The position numbers were made by a program, and so were the translations under genes. Under the pieces are notes generated by a model, which made no database searches, was not told the origin of the DNA, and saw nothing but the letters and a program-made list of their open reading frames with translations. Shown piece after piece: positions 39,648 through 50,168 of a stretch of DNA of 64,000 nt. The DNA is from Candidatus Omnitrophota bacterium (GTDB taxonomy: Bacteria; Omnitrophota; Gorgyraeia; Gygaellales; Profunditerraquicolaceae), in NCBI GenBank assembly GCA_028717245.1, contig JAQUOD010000009.1, positions 228 to 64,227 of the forward strand, in the 5' to 3' direction. The first letter of the stretch is position 1, and each line of letters begins with the position of its first letter.

Positions 39648-42491
39648 ATGGAAGACGCTATTATTATCAAAGGCGCTAAAGAGCACAACCTTAAAAATAT
39701 AAACCTAAGATTACCCCGGAATAAACTTATCGTTATTACGGGCCTCTCCGGTTCGGGTAAATCCAGCCTGGCCTTTGATACTATTTATGCCGAGGGCCAG
39801 AGGCGTTACGTAGAGAGCCTCTCCAGCTATGCCCGCCAGTTTTTAGAGCAACTGCAGAAACCCGACGTAGAATATATCGAAGGATTATCCCCTGCCATAG
39901 CTATTGAACAGAGGACTGCCGGAGGCAATCCCCGTTCTACCGTAGGGACCCAGACTGAAATCTACGACTATTTGAGGATCCTTTTTGCGCGTATCGGTAA
40001 GGTCTTGTGTTATCAGTGCGGACAACCCATAGAGAGGCAGAGCGCACAGGAGATAGTAGAGAGAGTTATGGCCTCATCACAGGGTTCTGATATCCAGATA
40101 TTGGCGCCGTTAGTCAGAGGCAGAAAAGGAGAATATAAAGACATATTTGCCCAGATTCAGAAAGCCGGTTTTGTCAGGGCGCGGGTAGACGGCGAAATTT
40201 ACGATTTACCTCAAAAGATTAAACTCAAGAAATACAATATCCATAATATCGAAGTAGTGGTAGACAGGCTTATCATCAAACCCGAAGTAAAAAACAGGCT
40301 CACCGATTCCATAGAAACAGCGCTTAAGGTAGGTAAAGGCATTGCGATAGTTAGTCAGTTAGCTAGTCCGCCGGTTGGCCGGTTGAACCGACAAACCGGC
40401 GAACCGACAAACCGGCAAACTGATATAGTTTTTAGCGAACAATATGCCTGTACCAAATGCGGCATCAGTTATCCTGAGGTTGAGCCGCGGATGTTTTCTT
40501 TTAATTCACCCTATGGCGCCTGCCCTGCCTGCCATGGCTTAGGCACTAAGTTAGAATTTGACCCGGATTTAATCATCCCTGATAGGAATAAATCCATAAA
40601 CGAAGGCGCCATCGAGGCCTGGAAGAGGGGCGGCAGGGGCTATATTCTTTATTACCGCTGGCTCATCCGAGAACTTTCATTTACAATGGGTTTTGATTTG
40701 GATACGCCGTTTAAGAAATTAGGCAAGCATGTGCAGAAGGCCATACTTTACGGGGCTGATATAAATGCCGGCGGAAAACCTTTTGAGGGGGTAATCCCTA
40801 ACCTGGAAAGATTATTCCATCAGACCGAAAGCGATTACCTGAAAGAAGAGATATCTAAGTTTATGTCTAGCCTCCCCTGTCCGGTTTGCCGGGGCGCAAG
40901 GTTAAAAAAAGAAAGCCTGGCCGTTACGATTAGCGGCAAGAATATCTGGGAAGTCACGGCGATGTCCATTAAAGAAGCGCGCCAATTTTTTGGAACGTTG
41001 GAATTGACACAAAGGCAGAAGATAATCGCGCATCAGGCTTTAAAAGAGATAATCCGGAAATTGCAATTCTGTATTGATGTGGGTTTAGAATATATCACTT
41101 TAGACAGAAAGAGCGCCACTCTCTCCGGCGGCGAAGCGCAGCGTATCCGTTTGGCTACGCAGGTAGGCTCGGCCTTAGTAGGTGTATTATATATATTGGA
41201 TGAGCCCAGTATCGGCCTGCACCAGAGGGATAACGCCAGATTAATTTCTACCCTGAAGACCTTAAGGGACCTGGGTAATACCCTGATTATCGTAGAACAC
41301 GATGAAGCTACGATACTGGCAGCTGACTATATTGTAGATTTAGGCCCGGGCGCAGGCAGGCACGGCGGAGAAATAGTTTTCTCAGGGGACAGGGAGGATT
41401 TATTAAAACGTTCAGATTCTCTTACTGCAAAATATCTTAGAGGTGAACTCAGGGCGTGTAAAATTATACAGAGGAGGCCCTGGCAGAAAAGGAAGTTCTT
41501 GGAGATTAAGGGTGCCAGGGAGCACAACCTGAAAAATATAGATGTAAAATTCCCCTTAGGTGTCTTTATCTGCGTTACGGGGGTATCCGGTTCGGGTAAG
41601 TCTACTCTCATCGATGAGATATTGTATCGCAGCCTCGCACAAAAATTATATAAATCCAGGGAAAAACCCGGGCTGCATCAGAAGATTACGGGCGTAGAAT
41701 ACGTTGACAAGGTTATTGTCGTTGATCAGTCTCCTATCGGCAGGACCCCGCGCTCAAATCCGGCCACCTATGCCGGAGTCTTTAGCCATATCCGGGATAT
41801 ATTCAGCAGGCTCCCCGAAGCGCGCATTAAGGGGTATAAACCGGGCAGGTTTTCTTTTAATGTTAAAGGCGGCCGTTGCGAGGCCTGCGCAGGAGACGGC
41901 ATAAAAAAGATTGAGATGCATTTTCTCCCCGATGTCTATGTAAAATGCGATGTCTGTAAAGGCAGGCGTTTTAATGAGGCGACCCTGGGGGTGAAATATA
42001 AGGGTAAATCTATTGCCGAAGTCTTGGATATGACCGTGGAGGAGGCGCTGGATTTATTCGCCAATATCCCAAAGATAAAGGGCATCTTGAGCTATCTTTT
42101 TGAAGTGGGCTTAGGTTATATACAACTTGGCCAGAGCGCAACCACTTTATCGGGCGGTGAAGCGCAGCGGGTTAAACTTGCCTCAGAACTTAGCAAGCGT
42201 TCGACAGGCAAAACCCTTTATCTTTTGGATGAGCCTACTACCGGATTACACTTTGCTGACGTAGAAAAACTTCTTTCTGTCCTGCAGAGATTAGTGGATA
42301 AAGGCAACACTATTTGCGTGATTGAGCATAATCTGGAGGTAATAAAGTGCGCTGATTACATCATTGACTTGGGCCCTGAAGGCGGAGAAAAAGGAGGCGA
42401 GGTCGTAGCCAGCGGCAGCCCCGAGGAATTGCTTAATAACCACAAGTCATACACGGCGCAATTTTTGAGAAAAGTATTGAAGAAAGAATAA
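39648..42491 (+). CDS. uvrA: excinuclease ABC subunit A
   Basis: two ABC ATPase modules ([18 protein letters not shown]), zinc-finger Cys clusters, LSGGE signatures. Confidence 0.9.
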   Translation: MEDAIIIKGAKEHNLKNINLRLPRNKLIVITGLSGSGKSSLAFDTIYAEGQRRYVESLSSYARQFLEQLQKPDVEYIEGLSPAIAIEQRTAGGNPRSTVGTQTEIYDYLRILFARIGKVLCYQCGQPIERQSAQEIVERVMASSQGSDIQILAPLVRGRKGEYKDIFAQIQKAGFVRARVDGEIYDLPQKIKLKKYNIHNIEVVVDRLIIKPEVKNRLTDSIETALKVGKGIAIVSQLASPPVGRLNRQTGEPTNRQTDIVFSEQYACTKCGISYPEVEPRMFSFNSPYGACPACHGLGTKLEFDPDLIIPDRNKSINEGAIEAWKRGGRGYILYYRWLIRELSFTMGFDLDTPFKKLGKHVQKAILYGADINAGGKPFEGVIPNLERLFHQTESDYLKEEISKFMSSLPCPVCRGARLKKESLAVTISGKNIWEVTAMSIKEARQFFGTLELTQRQKIIAHQALKEIIRKLQFCIDVGLEYITLDRKSATLSGGEAQRIRLATQVGSALVGVLYILDEPSIGLHQRDNARLISTLKTLRDLGNTLIIVEHDEATILAADYIVDLGPGAGRHGGEIVFSGDREDLLKRSDSLTAKYLRGELRACKIIQRRPWQKRKFLEIKGAREHNLKNIDVKFPLGVFICVTGVSGSGKSTLIDEILYRSLAQKLYKSREKPGLHQKITGVEYVDKVIVVDQSPIGRTPRSNPATYAGVFSHIRDIFSRLPEARIKGYKPGRFSFNVKGGRCEACAGDGIKKIEMHFLPDVYVKCDVCKGRRFNEATLGVKYKGKSIAEVLDMTVEEALDLFANIPKIKGILSYLFEVGLGYIQLGQSATTLSGGEAQRVKLASELSKRSTGKTLYLLDEPTTGLHFADVEKLLSVLQRLVDKGNTICVIEHNLEVIKCADYIIDLGPEGGEKGGEVVASGSPEELLNNHKSYTAQFLRKVLKKE
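40370..40420 (+). repeat. in-frame octamer repeat/palindrome (CCGGTTGR x2 / ACCGRCRA x4) inside uvrA
   Basis: encodes [17 protein letters not shown]. Confidence 0.9.
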
Positions 42492-42512
42492 AGAAGTGAT
42501 ATAGTTTTAATC

Positions 42513-45011
42513 ATGAATAAACTCAAAAATCAATTTTTTAAATCTCTTAGAATTCTTTTACCTTTTCTTTTTATTTTCGCTTACAGCTTACAGCTTACAG
42601 CTTACAGCTTACATGCCCAGGATTCCTCCAAGGAAGAAGAGGCGCTCTTTGTCGCCGAGAAGGCCTTTGAAGACGGCTTCTATGACGTAGCCTTGGGGCT
42701 CTTTGAGCGTTTCTTAAAGAATTACCCTGCTTCTTCCAGGGCAGCAGAAGCGAACCTTTTAATCGGGCAGTGCTATTATCACCAGAATAGGTTCTTAGAT
42801 GCCCTAGCCAAGTTTGAAGGGCTCCTTACTTGGCCTCCCGCGCAGAATATCAAGGACGAAGTCCTCTATTGGATCGCCGAAGTGCATTTTAAAGGCAATA
42901 ATTTTACCAAGGCAGGCCAGTATTACAGGATGATAATTGAGGGTTACCCGAAATCTTCTTATTCCGTTTATGCCTATTATTCCTTAGGCTGGTGTTTGTT
43001 CCAGGAATCCGATTTTACCGAGGCCGTGAAATACTTTAAAATCACACAGGAGAAATTCCCCAAGGAGCCTCAGGCGCAGGATTCCGCGTTTAAAATAGCG
43101 GAGTGCCTCTATAATCTGAAGGATTACACCGGCACCAAAGACAGGCTGCAATCTTATATGAAGGCCTACCCTAAGGATAGCGCGCGCACCGCTTATATTT
43201 ATTTTTATCTGGCCGAAGCAGATTATTATTTGAACAATTTCAGTGAGGCCATTGATGAATATTCCAAGGCCATAGCCAATACTAATGACGAAAGAATACA
43301 GGCGCTCTCTAAGTTAGGCATAGGCTGGGCCTACCTGAAATCAAAAAAATATAAGGAAGCCCAGGATACGTTTTCAGGCATCGTACCCGATAAACTGGAG
43401 AAAAAGGGGCAGGATATCCTGTTATTAGGCAAAGCGCTTTTATCCGCAGAGACTAAGAGATTTACCCAGGCCAAAGATACGTATGATGAATTATTAAAGG
43501 TATCTTCTGACCCGCTTATTTTAATTCAGGGTTATCTGGGCAAGGCTGAAACGCTTTATAATATTTCCGAATATAAAGAGGCAATAGGCGTATACGAAGA
43601 GGCATTAGACAAGATATCGGCATCCATACCCCAGGAGAGCATTGACAAGCTGCATTACGGCCTGGCCTGGGCATTTTTAAAAGAGGGGGAATTCAAAGAA
43701 GCAATAGACGAATTCCAGAAGATTGCCAGGCACACTGAAGATAAGATGATTAAGGTAGCCGCGCTCTGCCAGATAGGCGATGCCTACCAGGACTCGGGAG
43801 AATACGTCAAGGCAATTGAGGCATACGATACCATATTAAAGGATTATCCGGATACGTTATATAACGATTACGTGCAATATCAGTTAGGCAACAGTTTACT
43901 GAAGACCTATAATTACGACGGAGCGATCATGGCTTTCCAGAGCCTGAAAAACAATTTCCCTAATTCGAAATTATCCGATGAGGCAGCTTATGCCTTGGGG
44001 ATAACTTATTTTCAAAAACAGGACTATAACTCCAGCAAGGAAATCTTCGAAAATTTTAAGGATGAATTTAAAGAGAGCGCCTTAAGGCCCCAAGGCATGT
44101 ATCTTTTAGGGAGCAGCCTCTATAATTTAGGTGAATTTGCGCAGGCTATCGAGGTCTTTAAAGATATCATCAGGAACTACAACCAGGATACGGAGTCAGT
44201 CCAGAAGGCCGAATACGAGATAGCCGATTGCTACTACCAGCTTGGGAATGAAAAAGAGGCCATGGACAGGTTTAAGGTATTGCGCTCCAAATATCCCGAT
44301 TCCCGGCTCACCCCGGAAGTGATGTGGTGGCTGGGGGAGTACTATTACAGGCATGATGACCTGGGCCTGGCGCGCCGGTATTTCTCCTCGCTAATACAGG
44401 ACTTTCCCAAGAGTAATTTAATCCCCGATGCCTACTATATTTTAGGTTCTACTTACGCAGAGGAAGGCAAGTATGAAGAAGCCATAGCAAATTTCAAGAA
44501 GGCAGCAGAATTAGGTAAATCCGACCTCACCGGCACATCCGGTATTGCCATAGCGGATATATATGCCAAACAAGGCAAAACCGATTTGGCCCTGAAGATG
44601 TATAAGGACGTAGCCAGGGAATACGCTAATCTCGCAACTTTGATTTATCCGAAGATCGCAGGCCTCTACCGTAAGTCAGGTAATTATAATGAAGCAATAA
44701 ATTTTTATAACCAGAGCCTGGATGTAGTCCCGGCGAGAGAAATGGCGGATATCCAATTTAAGATAGCAGAGACTAAAGAGGCGCAGGGTGAATACAGCGA
44801 GGCTATCGAAGAGTACTTGAAAGTTACCTACCTTTATGCGGAAAATAACAACTTAGCGGTAAAATCGCTTCTAAGGATAGCCGCGATTTATGAAGATAAA
44901 GAGAATTTTAAAGAAGCGGTTAATATTTACAAAAGAATCCGGGCCATGGATGTAGAAGAGGCAAAATACGCCCAAGAGAGGATGGACTGGATAAAGGCGC
45001 ACGCAAAATAA
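42513..45011 (+). CDS. secreted tetratricopeptide-repeat protein (832 aa)
   Basis: signal peptide followed by many TPR-like A/Y/L repeats. Confidence 0.7.
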   Translation: MNKLKNQFFKSLRILLPFLFIFAYSLQLTAYSLHAQDSSKEEEALFVAEKAFEDGFYDVALGLFERFLKNYPASSRAAEANLLIGQCYYHQNRFLDALAKFEGLLTWPPAQNIKDEVLYWIAEVHFKGNNFTKAGQYYRMIIEGYPKSSYSVYAYYSLGWCLFQESDFTEAVKYFKITQEKFPKEPQAQDSAFKIAECLYNLKDYTGTKDRLQSYMKAYPKDSARTAYIYFYLAEADYYLNNFSEAIDEYSKAIANTNDERIQALSKLGIGWAYLKSKKYKEAQDTFSGIVPDKLEKKGQDILLLGKALLSAETKRFTQAKDTYDELLKVSSDPLILIQGYLGKAETLYNISEYKEAIGVYEEALDKISASIPQESIDKLHYGLAWAFLKEGEFKEAIDEFQKIARHTEDKMIKVAALCQIGDAYQDSGEYVKAIEAYDTILKDYPDTLYNDYVQYQLGNSLLKTYNYDGAIMAFQSLKNNFPNSKLSDEAAYALGITYFQKQDYNSSKEIFENFKDEFKESALRPQGMYLLGSSLYNLGEFAQAIEVFKDIIRNYNQDTESVQKAEYEIADCYYQLGNEKEAMDRFKVLRSKYPDSRLTPEVMWWLGEYYYRHDDLGLARRYFSSLIQDFPKSNLIPDAYYILGSTYAEEGKYEEAIANFKKAAELGKSDLTGTSGIAIADIYAKQGKTDLALKMYKDVAREYANLATLIYPKIAGLYRKSGNYNEAINFYNQSLDVVPAREMADIQFKIAETKEAQGEYSEAIEEYLKVTYLYAENNNLAVKSLLRIAAIYEDKENFKEAVNIYKRIRAMDVEEAKYAQERMDWIKAHAK
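42580..42612 (+). repeat. in-frame heptamer repeat (TTACAGC)x4.5 in the signal peptide of the TPR protein
   Basis: encodes AYSLQLTAYSLHA. Confidence 0.9.
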
Positions 45012-45100
45012 TTGTGTCAAAGTGTCAGTGTATCAAAGTGTCAAAGAAGAAACTTTGATACTTGATACCTTGATACTTTGATACAACCATCGCTATATTA
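45012..45100. repeat. inverted arrays of 8-9-nt repeats (GTGTCAAAG / CTTTGATAC)
   Basis: same repeat unit as at 39195-39300. Confidence 0.85.
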
Positions 45101-45111
45101 AGGAGGTAGAT

Positions 45112-45744
45112 ATGGATTTGTACAAGATGGGTTTGTGGGAGGTGTTTTCAGCGGGAGGCCCGGTGATGTGGCCGATACTCTTATGTTCCATTTTTGCTTT
45201 AGCCATAATCCTGGAGAAGGCCTGGCACCTGCATAAAATAAAAATAGATACCCAGGAATTTTTAAGCAGTATTTTAGAAAAGATGAAACACCACCAGGTC
45301 AAGGAGGCCTTGGAGATATGCGATAATACCAAAAGCCCCATTGCGCATATACTAAAGGCGGGGATTTTAAAATATGACCGCTCCCGGCCTCAGATTAAAG
45401 AAGCTATAGAAGATGCGTCTTTGTACGAGATCCCCCGTTTGGAGAAGAATCTTTCTATGCTGGCTACTATAGCGCATATCTCCCCGCTTCTGGGCCTTTT
45501 AGGGACAGTCACGGGAATGGTGCGTTGTTTTCAGACCATTCAGGCCAAGGCTACGGCCTTTCATCCTGTTTCTCCCGGCGACTTAGCCGGCGGCATCTGG
45601 GAGGCGTTGCTTACTACCGTGGCGGGTTTAATCGTAGCCATACCGACGTTCATTGCCTATAATTATCTGGTTAACCGGATAAATAATTTTATCCTGGAGA
45701 TGGAGAAGGCATCTACGGAGCTGGTTAATTTTCTTACTGAATAA
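45112..45744 (+). CDS. MotA/TolQ/ExbB family proton-channel protein
   Basis: three TM helices with GLLGTVTGM motif. Confidence 0.8.
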   Translation: MDLYKMGLWEVFSAGGPVMWPILLCSIFALAIILEKAWHLHKIKIDTQEFLSSILEKMKHHQVKEALEICDNTKSPIAHILKAGILKYDRSRPQIKEAIEDASLYEIPRLEKNLSMLATIAHISPLLGLLGTVTGMVRCFQTIQAKATAFHPVSPGDLAGGIWEALLTTVAGLIVAIPTFIAYNYLVNRINNFILEMEKASTELVNFLTE

Positions 45745-45755
45745 GGAGATTAAAT

Positions 45756-46157
45756 ATGCATTTTAGACGCCATATGGAATTAGAGCACGGGCTCAAGCAG
45801 ATAGATATCGCTCCCTTAATAGATATAGTATTTCAGTTATTGATATTCTTTATGCTCACCTCCAGTTTTGTCATGCAGCCCGGCATAAAGGTAAACCTGC
45901 CTAAAGCAGTAACCAGCGAAGCAGTCAAGTACGAGAATACGGAAATAATCATATCCAGCGAAAATATCGTTTACTTAAACGGCAAGGTTGTAAACAGCGC
46001 CGAATTAAAGACGCTGCTTAAGCAAGTAGCAAAAGCAAAGCAGGGGATTATGATTAAGGCAGATAGAAGGGCATCTTTAGGCAGGATAGTTGAGATCTGG
46101 GATTTATGCCGGGATTTAGGCGTGGCCCAGGTTAATATTGCCACAAACCAGGAATGA
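45756..46157 (+). CDS. ExbD/TolR family biopolymer transport protein
   Basis: IDIAPLIDIVFQLLIFFM N-terminal TM with conserved Asp. Confidence 0.8.
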   Translation: MHFRRHMELEHGLKQIDIAPLIDIVFQLLIFFMLTSSFVMQPGIKVNLPKAVTSEAVKYENTEIIISSENIVYLNGKVVNSAELKTLLKQVAKAKQGIMIKADRRASLGRIVEIWDLCRDLGVAQVNIATNQE

Positions 46158-46789
46158 CGGAATATTTTTTAAAACAGGCCATACTTATCTCGTTTGCGGG
46201 GCACCTCACCTTATTCAGCCTGTTTAGTTTTTCCTTCGGGCCAAAGGTTCCCCAGGCGGATTTTACGAATATTTCTTTCAGGGGGGCCATCTTGCGCGTT
46301 CGTGATTTAACGGATAGCCCTAATCCTCTGATAAGCAACAGGAGGGCCATAGCAGCGGCCCAAAAAACCGAGATGCTGCTGTTAGATAAAATAAACCATG
46401 AATCGTTTCCAGAGGCCAGGGATTATGCAAAACCGCAGGTAACCTTAACTTCTTCTGAAGATAAGGCAGTATTTATAAAGGAATTGAAACCGCGCATAAC
46501 CTTAACCCCCAGGAAAGAACCCCCAATTATATTTTATCCAAAGCTGCCATATAATTTCGCCCTTTATTTTAAAGACAGGCAGGTAGCACACATTGAACTC
46601 ATGTTTGCGATAATCCCCGCCGCCGAAAGAAATTCGGTGTTGATTAAGAGAAAAATTTCCTCCGGGAACCTGGAAGTAGACCTTTTGACTATGCGTTATA
46701 TCGGGCATTACCTTTTTATACAAGAGGCGGCATTTGCCCCTGCTAACTGGCAGACGGCCAAAATAGACCTGTCTACGTTGAATGATTAA
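46154..46789 (+). CDS. hypothetical membrane-anchored protein (possible TonB/TolA-like partner)
   Basis: single N-terminal TM; position after exbB/exbD. Confidence 0.3.
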   Translation: MTEYFLKQAILISFAGHLTLFSLFSFSFGPKVPQADFTNISFRGAILRVRDLTDSPNPLISNRRAIAAAQKTEMLLLDKINHESFPEARDYAKPQVTLTSSEDKAVFIKELKPRITLTPRKEPPIIFYPKLPYNFALYFKDRQVAHIELMFAIIPAAERNSVLIKRKISSGNLEVDLLTMRYIGHYLFIQEAAFAPANWQTAKIDLSTLND

Positions 46790-47009
46790 CCTTGATTTTT
46801 CTTTAGCCGTATCATTATATATCTTTTTTGTCTTGAATATAACTTTGCTTATTTGGTTATTCAGCAGGAAGCAAAAGGACAAGGATTTATCTTTAGACCA
46901 TAAGTTTATCTGGTTTTGTTCGGTTTGCACCTATACCTACGTTAACACTAAAGAAGACCTGATTTCTCTTTGTCCCCGTTGCGGCAGTTATAATAAAAAA
47001 AGTAGTTGA
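46782..47009 (+). CDS. small membrane protein with C-terminal zinc ribbon (CSVC...CPRC)
   Basis: ORF features only. Confidence 0.3.
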   Translation: MINLDFSLAVSLYIFFVLNITLLIWLFSRKQKDKDLSLDHKFIWFCSVCTYTYVNTKEDLISLCPRCGSYNKKSS

Positions 47010-47053
47010 CACCGGCGTCATTTACCTTACAATAAATAGAGAGGACAAAACAT

Positions 47054-47260
47054 ATGATTACTGAAATAGGCATAGTCGCAGGCGATATCTGGCATTATTT
47101 AGACCAGCACGGAGAAGCGAAACTTTCGGACTTAGCCAGGGGTATTGATAAGCCCAGGGATAATATTTTGATGAGCTTAGGCTGGCTTGCCCGCGAAGGC
47201 CATGTGATCGTCCAGCAATTTGGGCACGATTACAAGGTAAGTCTAAAAAATAAGTTTTAA
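47054..47260 (+). CDS. small winged-helix-like protein
   Basis: 68 aa; weak. Confidence 0.3.
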   Translation: MITEIGIVAGDIWHYLDQHGEAKLSDLARGIDKPRDNILMSLGWLAREGHVIVQQFGHDYKVSLKNKF

Positions 47261-47267
47261 ACTTAGA

Positions 47268-47642
47268 ATGGGTAAAAAAAGAGGAGTAGTTTTATTCCTG
47301 GTTTTAGCTACTGTTTTAGTAGCGGTAATTTTAGCTAATATTATCCTGAGCTTTGTTTTAAGCCAATACAAGCTTACCCACCATCAGACCAGCCGGATAC
47401 GGGCTTACTATGCTGCTTTAGCAGGGATGAATCTGGCTAGGGAAAATATAAGATTGGGAACTTCGGGTTGGGTACCTGCCGCAGGCAGCGTTACTAAAAC
47501 CTTATGCAGTTCTGGTTGTGATGTAATTGATAATGATATACCCTATAAGGTCTCAATAACTATAGGAGCTCCGGGTACTTCCATTGACAGGATAGGCCGT
47601 AAAATCAGCATCAAGACTACTTACACCTACGCTGCCCCTTAA
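47268..47642 (+). CDS. PilX N-terminal-domain-like pilus assembly protein
   Basis: N-terminal TM then RAYYAALAGMNLA motif typical of PilX_N. Confidence 0.45.
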   Translation: MGKKRGVVLFLVLATVLVAVILANIILSFVLSQYKLTHHQTSRIRAYYAALAGMNLARENIRLGTSGWVPAAGSVTKTLCSSGCDVIDNDIPYKVSITIGAPGTSIDRIGRKISIKTTYTYAAP

Positions 47643-47777
47643 TTCCTTCCTAAAAATCTATTATAATCTAAGTAAATCTATTATAATCTAAGTAAATAAA
47701 TTATTATCTTATTAGGCCTTAATTTAAGACTAATTTTAAACATAAGTAAGTTTGAGTAAGTCTATATAAAAAAACAC

Positions 47778-47806
47778 TTGACAAAATAAGTATTTTATGT
47801 TTTAAT
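47778..47806 (+). promoter_or_regulatory. candidate sigma70 promoter TTGACA-17-TTTAAT upstream of the pilus operon
   Basis: in 200-bp AT-rich gap; a 23-nt direct repeat AAATCTATTATAATCTAAGTAAA x2 lies upstream. Confidence 0.35.
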
Positions 47807-47843
47807 TAAGTCGTTTATTATTTATGGAAGAATAAGGAAAAAG

Positions 47844-48041
47844 ATGATGACCAGGCTGATGGATATTGATGAATTAGCGGATTACCTGAAGCTAAAAAGG
47901 CAAACCCTTTATAACTGGTTGCACGAGGGGAAGTTTTCCGGGATTAAAGTGGGCGGGGTCTGGCGGTTTGACCGCCGCGAAATTGATTCCTGGTTAAAGA
48001 GCAGAAGGCGCGTATCTAAGTTATCAGGAGAGAACATATGA
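47844..48041 (+). CDS. excisionase/MerR-type helix-turn-helix DNA-binding protein
   Basis: IDELADYLKLKRQTLYNWLHEGKFSGIKVGGVWRF HTH_17-like. Confidence 0.5.
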   Translation: MMTRLMDIDELADYLKLKRQTLYNWLHEGKFSGIKVGGVWRFDRREIDSWLKSRRRVSKLSGENI

Positions 48042-49585
48042 GTACCTTAGGCGTATATTTTGGCCCTCAAGTAATTAGTCTGGTAGAAAGCGCGGGGAAA
48101 CGGCCGCTAAAGAATATCCAAATTTCTCAGTCGCTTGTTTCTGTAGCTAAAGGGTTAGAGGAGAAAGTCCCGGAAGAAGTAAAGTTAGTTGCCCTGCTTA
48201 AAGAGGGATTGGTTAAAAATGCGTTTGATTCAAGGGAAGCGGCGGTGAGCCTTTCCGGCAAAGATTTAATTGTACGCACTTTTGAAATGCCTATCCTGCC
48301 TGCCCATGAACTAAATAGTGCCATCCTTTTCGAAGTAAAAAAATACATTCCCTTTAAGACCGAAGACCTTATCTCGGATTTCCAGTGGCAATTGGATAAG
48401 ACTATCCAAAGGACGCGGGTCCTCTATGTGGGTATCAAAAAAGAAGCCCTGGATAAGTATATTTATATCCTTAAACAGGCCGGCCTGAAAATAAGTTCCA
48501 TAGATTATTCCGCTTTTAGTATATTAAGATTATTCAACTTAGCCAACATCAGGGAAAAAGGCATTATTTCGCTTATCGCCGTGGATGTAGCTAAAGATGA
48601 TGAAGCTAACTTCATAGTCATGGAGAAGGGGTTTCCTTTATTCAGCCGGGATATAACCTTTGCCGCAGGATACAAAGAGGCTGCTAAAGAAGAAAAAGAA
48701 GAGCCCGGCATAATCTTAGGCAGGTTGAAAAGAGAAATTCAGATATCCCTGGATTATTATGAACGTAAATTTCCGGGTAAAAATATCAGCAAAATATTCT
48801 TTGTTACCAGCCCGGATTATAAAAATGATTTGGAAGCCTTTATGAAAGAAGCGGGTTTTGGCATTCAATTTATTGATATAAATAAGATTACGGCCAGCCC
48901 GGATCATTTTTCCCTGGCTTTTGTCAAGGCCTACAGCGCTTCTTTATCCAAAGTGGCTACGGGAGTCAAGATTAATCTCTTATCGGCAAAAGAAAAGACA
49001 GAACAAAAAGCAATCCCGGAACAATTCACTTTCGCCTATCTGGAGCACCTATTCAGGATAAATACCAGGTTAATTATGGCCTCTATTTTTGTCTGTGCTG
49101 CTGTTTTCTTATTTAGCGTATCCCGCCGGATCCCCCTGCAAAAGGAATTAAAAAATATAATAAATACGCGGCCGCCTGTTTCTACCGTTTCGCCGGACTT
49201 AGGTTATGAGGAACTGGCAGCCGTAGATTTTGATTATAAACAGAGAATAACAAATATGGATAACTTCCTTAAACAACGGCCTTACCTGACGCCGCTATTG
49301 GACGTGATACCTTCTCTTGTGCCTGACGGTATATGGCTGGTTAATTTATCTTCTAAGGAGGGGACAGAAGGGATTGAACTGACCTTAGAGGGCATGGCTT
49401 ATCTGGGTGATAGCAAAAAAGAAAGGGAACTCGTGAATGCATTCGTTTCAGCTTTAAAGAAGGATCCCACCTTTGCCCAATATTTTAAGGAAGTATCCCT
49501 TGTTTCTGCGGTAAGCATGCAGAGCGGGAAAGCAAACGTCACTAATTTTACTATTTCCTGTCAGTATATAAAAAAAGCAGGCTAA
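48038..49585 (+). CDS. pilMN: type IV pilus assembly protein PilM fused to PilN
   Basis: actin-like PilM ~340 aa, TM helix LIMASIFVCAAVFLF, then periplasmic PilN-like domain. Confidence 0.7.
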   Translation: MSTLGVYFGPQVISLVESAGKRPLKNIQISQSLVSVAKGLEEKVPEEVKLVALLKEGLVKNAFDSREAAVSLSGKDLIVRTFEMPILPAHELNSAILFEVKKYIPFKTEDLISDFQWQLDKTIQRTRVLYVGIKKEALDKYIYILKQAGLKISSIDYSAFSILRLFNLANIREKGIISLIAVDVAKDDEANFIVMEKGFPLFSRDITFAAGYKEAAKEEKEEPGIILGRLKREIQISLDYYERKFPGKNISKIFFVTSPDYKNDLEAFMKEAGFGIQFIDINKITASPDHFSLAFVKAYSASLSKVATGVKINLLSAKEKTEQKAIPEQFTFAYLEHLFRINTRLIMASIFVCAAVFLFSVSRRIPLQKELKNIINTRPPVSTVSPDLGYEELAAVDFDYKQRITNMDNFLKQRPYLTPLLDVIPSLVPDGIWLVNLSSKEGTEGIELTLEGMAYLGDSKKERELVNAFVSALKKDPTFAQYFKEVSLVSAVSMQSGKANVTNFTISCQYIKKAG

Positions 49586-49589
49586 CGAA

Positions 49590-50168
49590 ATGAAAATAGA
49601 ATATCCTAAGGGAGAATTAATCAGTTTATTCAAACAATATAAGGGTAAGATCCCCGCTATTGTTATAATTATATTTACTTTGTTTGCCGCCGCGGGTATT
49701 TATAAAAGCCAGGCCAATATCCTTAGATCAATGAACCTGCGCAAGGATAGAGAACTAAACAAAAACAGGGTGTTAGGCGAGATTAGCCAATCAGAGAAAA
49801 AGATTGAGTCCTACCAGGGCATGCTTATGGAAAAAAATGCGCCTGCGATTATAGATAAGATAACTAAACTCGCCAAAGATTCTAATATAAAAATTATTTC
49901 TATTGAGCCGGGCCCGCAAGAGAAACATCCGTTATATACCAGATACCCTTTTATTTTGGCTATCAATGCGGGCAGTTATCATGCCGTAGGAAAATTTATC
50001 AGTAAAATAGAAAATTACTCTGACCTCTATTTTGTAAACGCAGCAACTATAAAACCGGCAGAGGGAAGCGGGGCATCTGGCCAGAAGTCAGATAAAGGTG
50101 GGCCGGCAACGGATAAACTAAGGGTTAATTTAACCTTAAGCATAATCGCGTTTACGGGCGAAAAATGA
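49590..50168 (+). CDS. PilO-like pilus assembly protein
   Basis: N-terminal TM plus coiled coil; operon position. Confidence 0.5.
   Translation: MKIEYPKGELISLFKQYKGKIPAIVIIIFTLFAAAGIYKSQANILRSMNLRKDRELNKNRVLGEISQSEKKIESYQGMLMEKNAPAIIDKITKLAKDSNIKIISIEPGPQEKHPLYTRYPFILAINAGSYHAVGKFISKIENYSDLYFVNAATIKPAEGSGASGQKSDKGGPATDKLRVNLTLSIIAFTGEK

Noticed and set aside
6789-40420. In-CDS repeats as frameshift lesions or pseudogenes
   Set aside because: Every repeat block preserves the reading frame, and the downstream catalytic motifs are intact. The genes read as full-length.
9617-45100. Possibility that the periodic repeats are CRISPR arrays
   Set aside because: Units are 7-10 nt with no unique spacers between them, and arrays are under 100 nt and arranged as inverted pairs. 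This is not CRISPR architecture, and no cas genes are present.
46154-46789. Calling the ORF after exbD a bona fide TonB
   Set aside because: There is no Pro-rich spacer and no recognisable TonB C-terminal motif. It is kept only as a hypothetical membrane-anchored protein.
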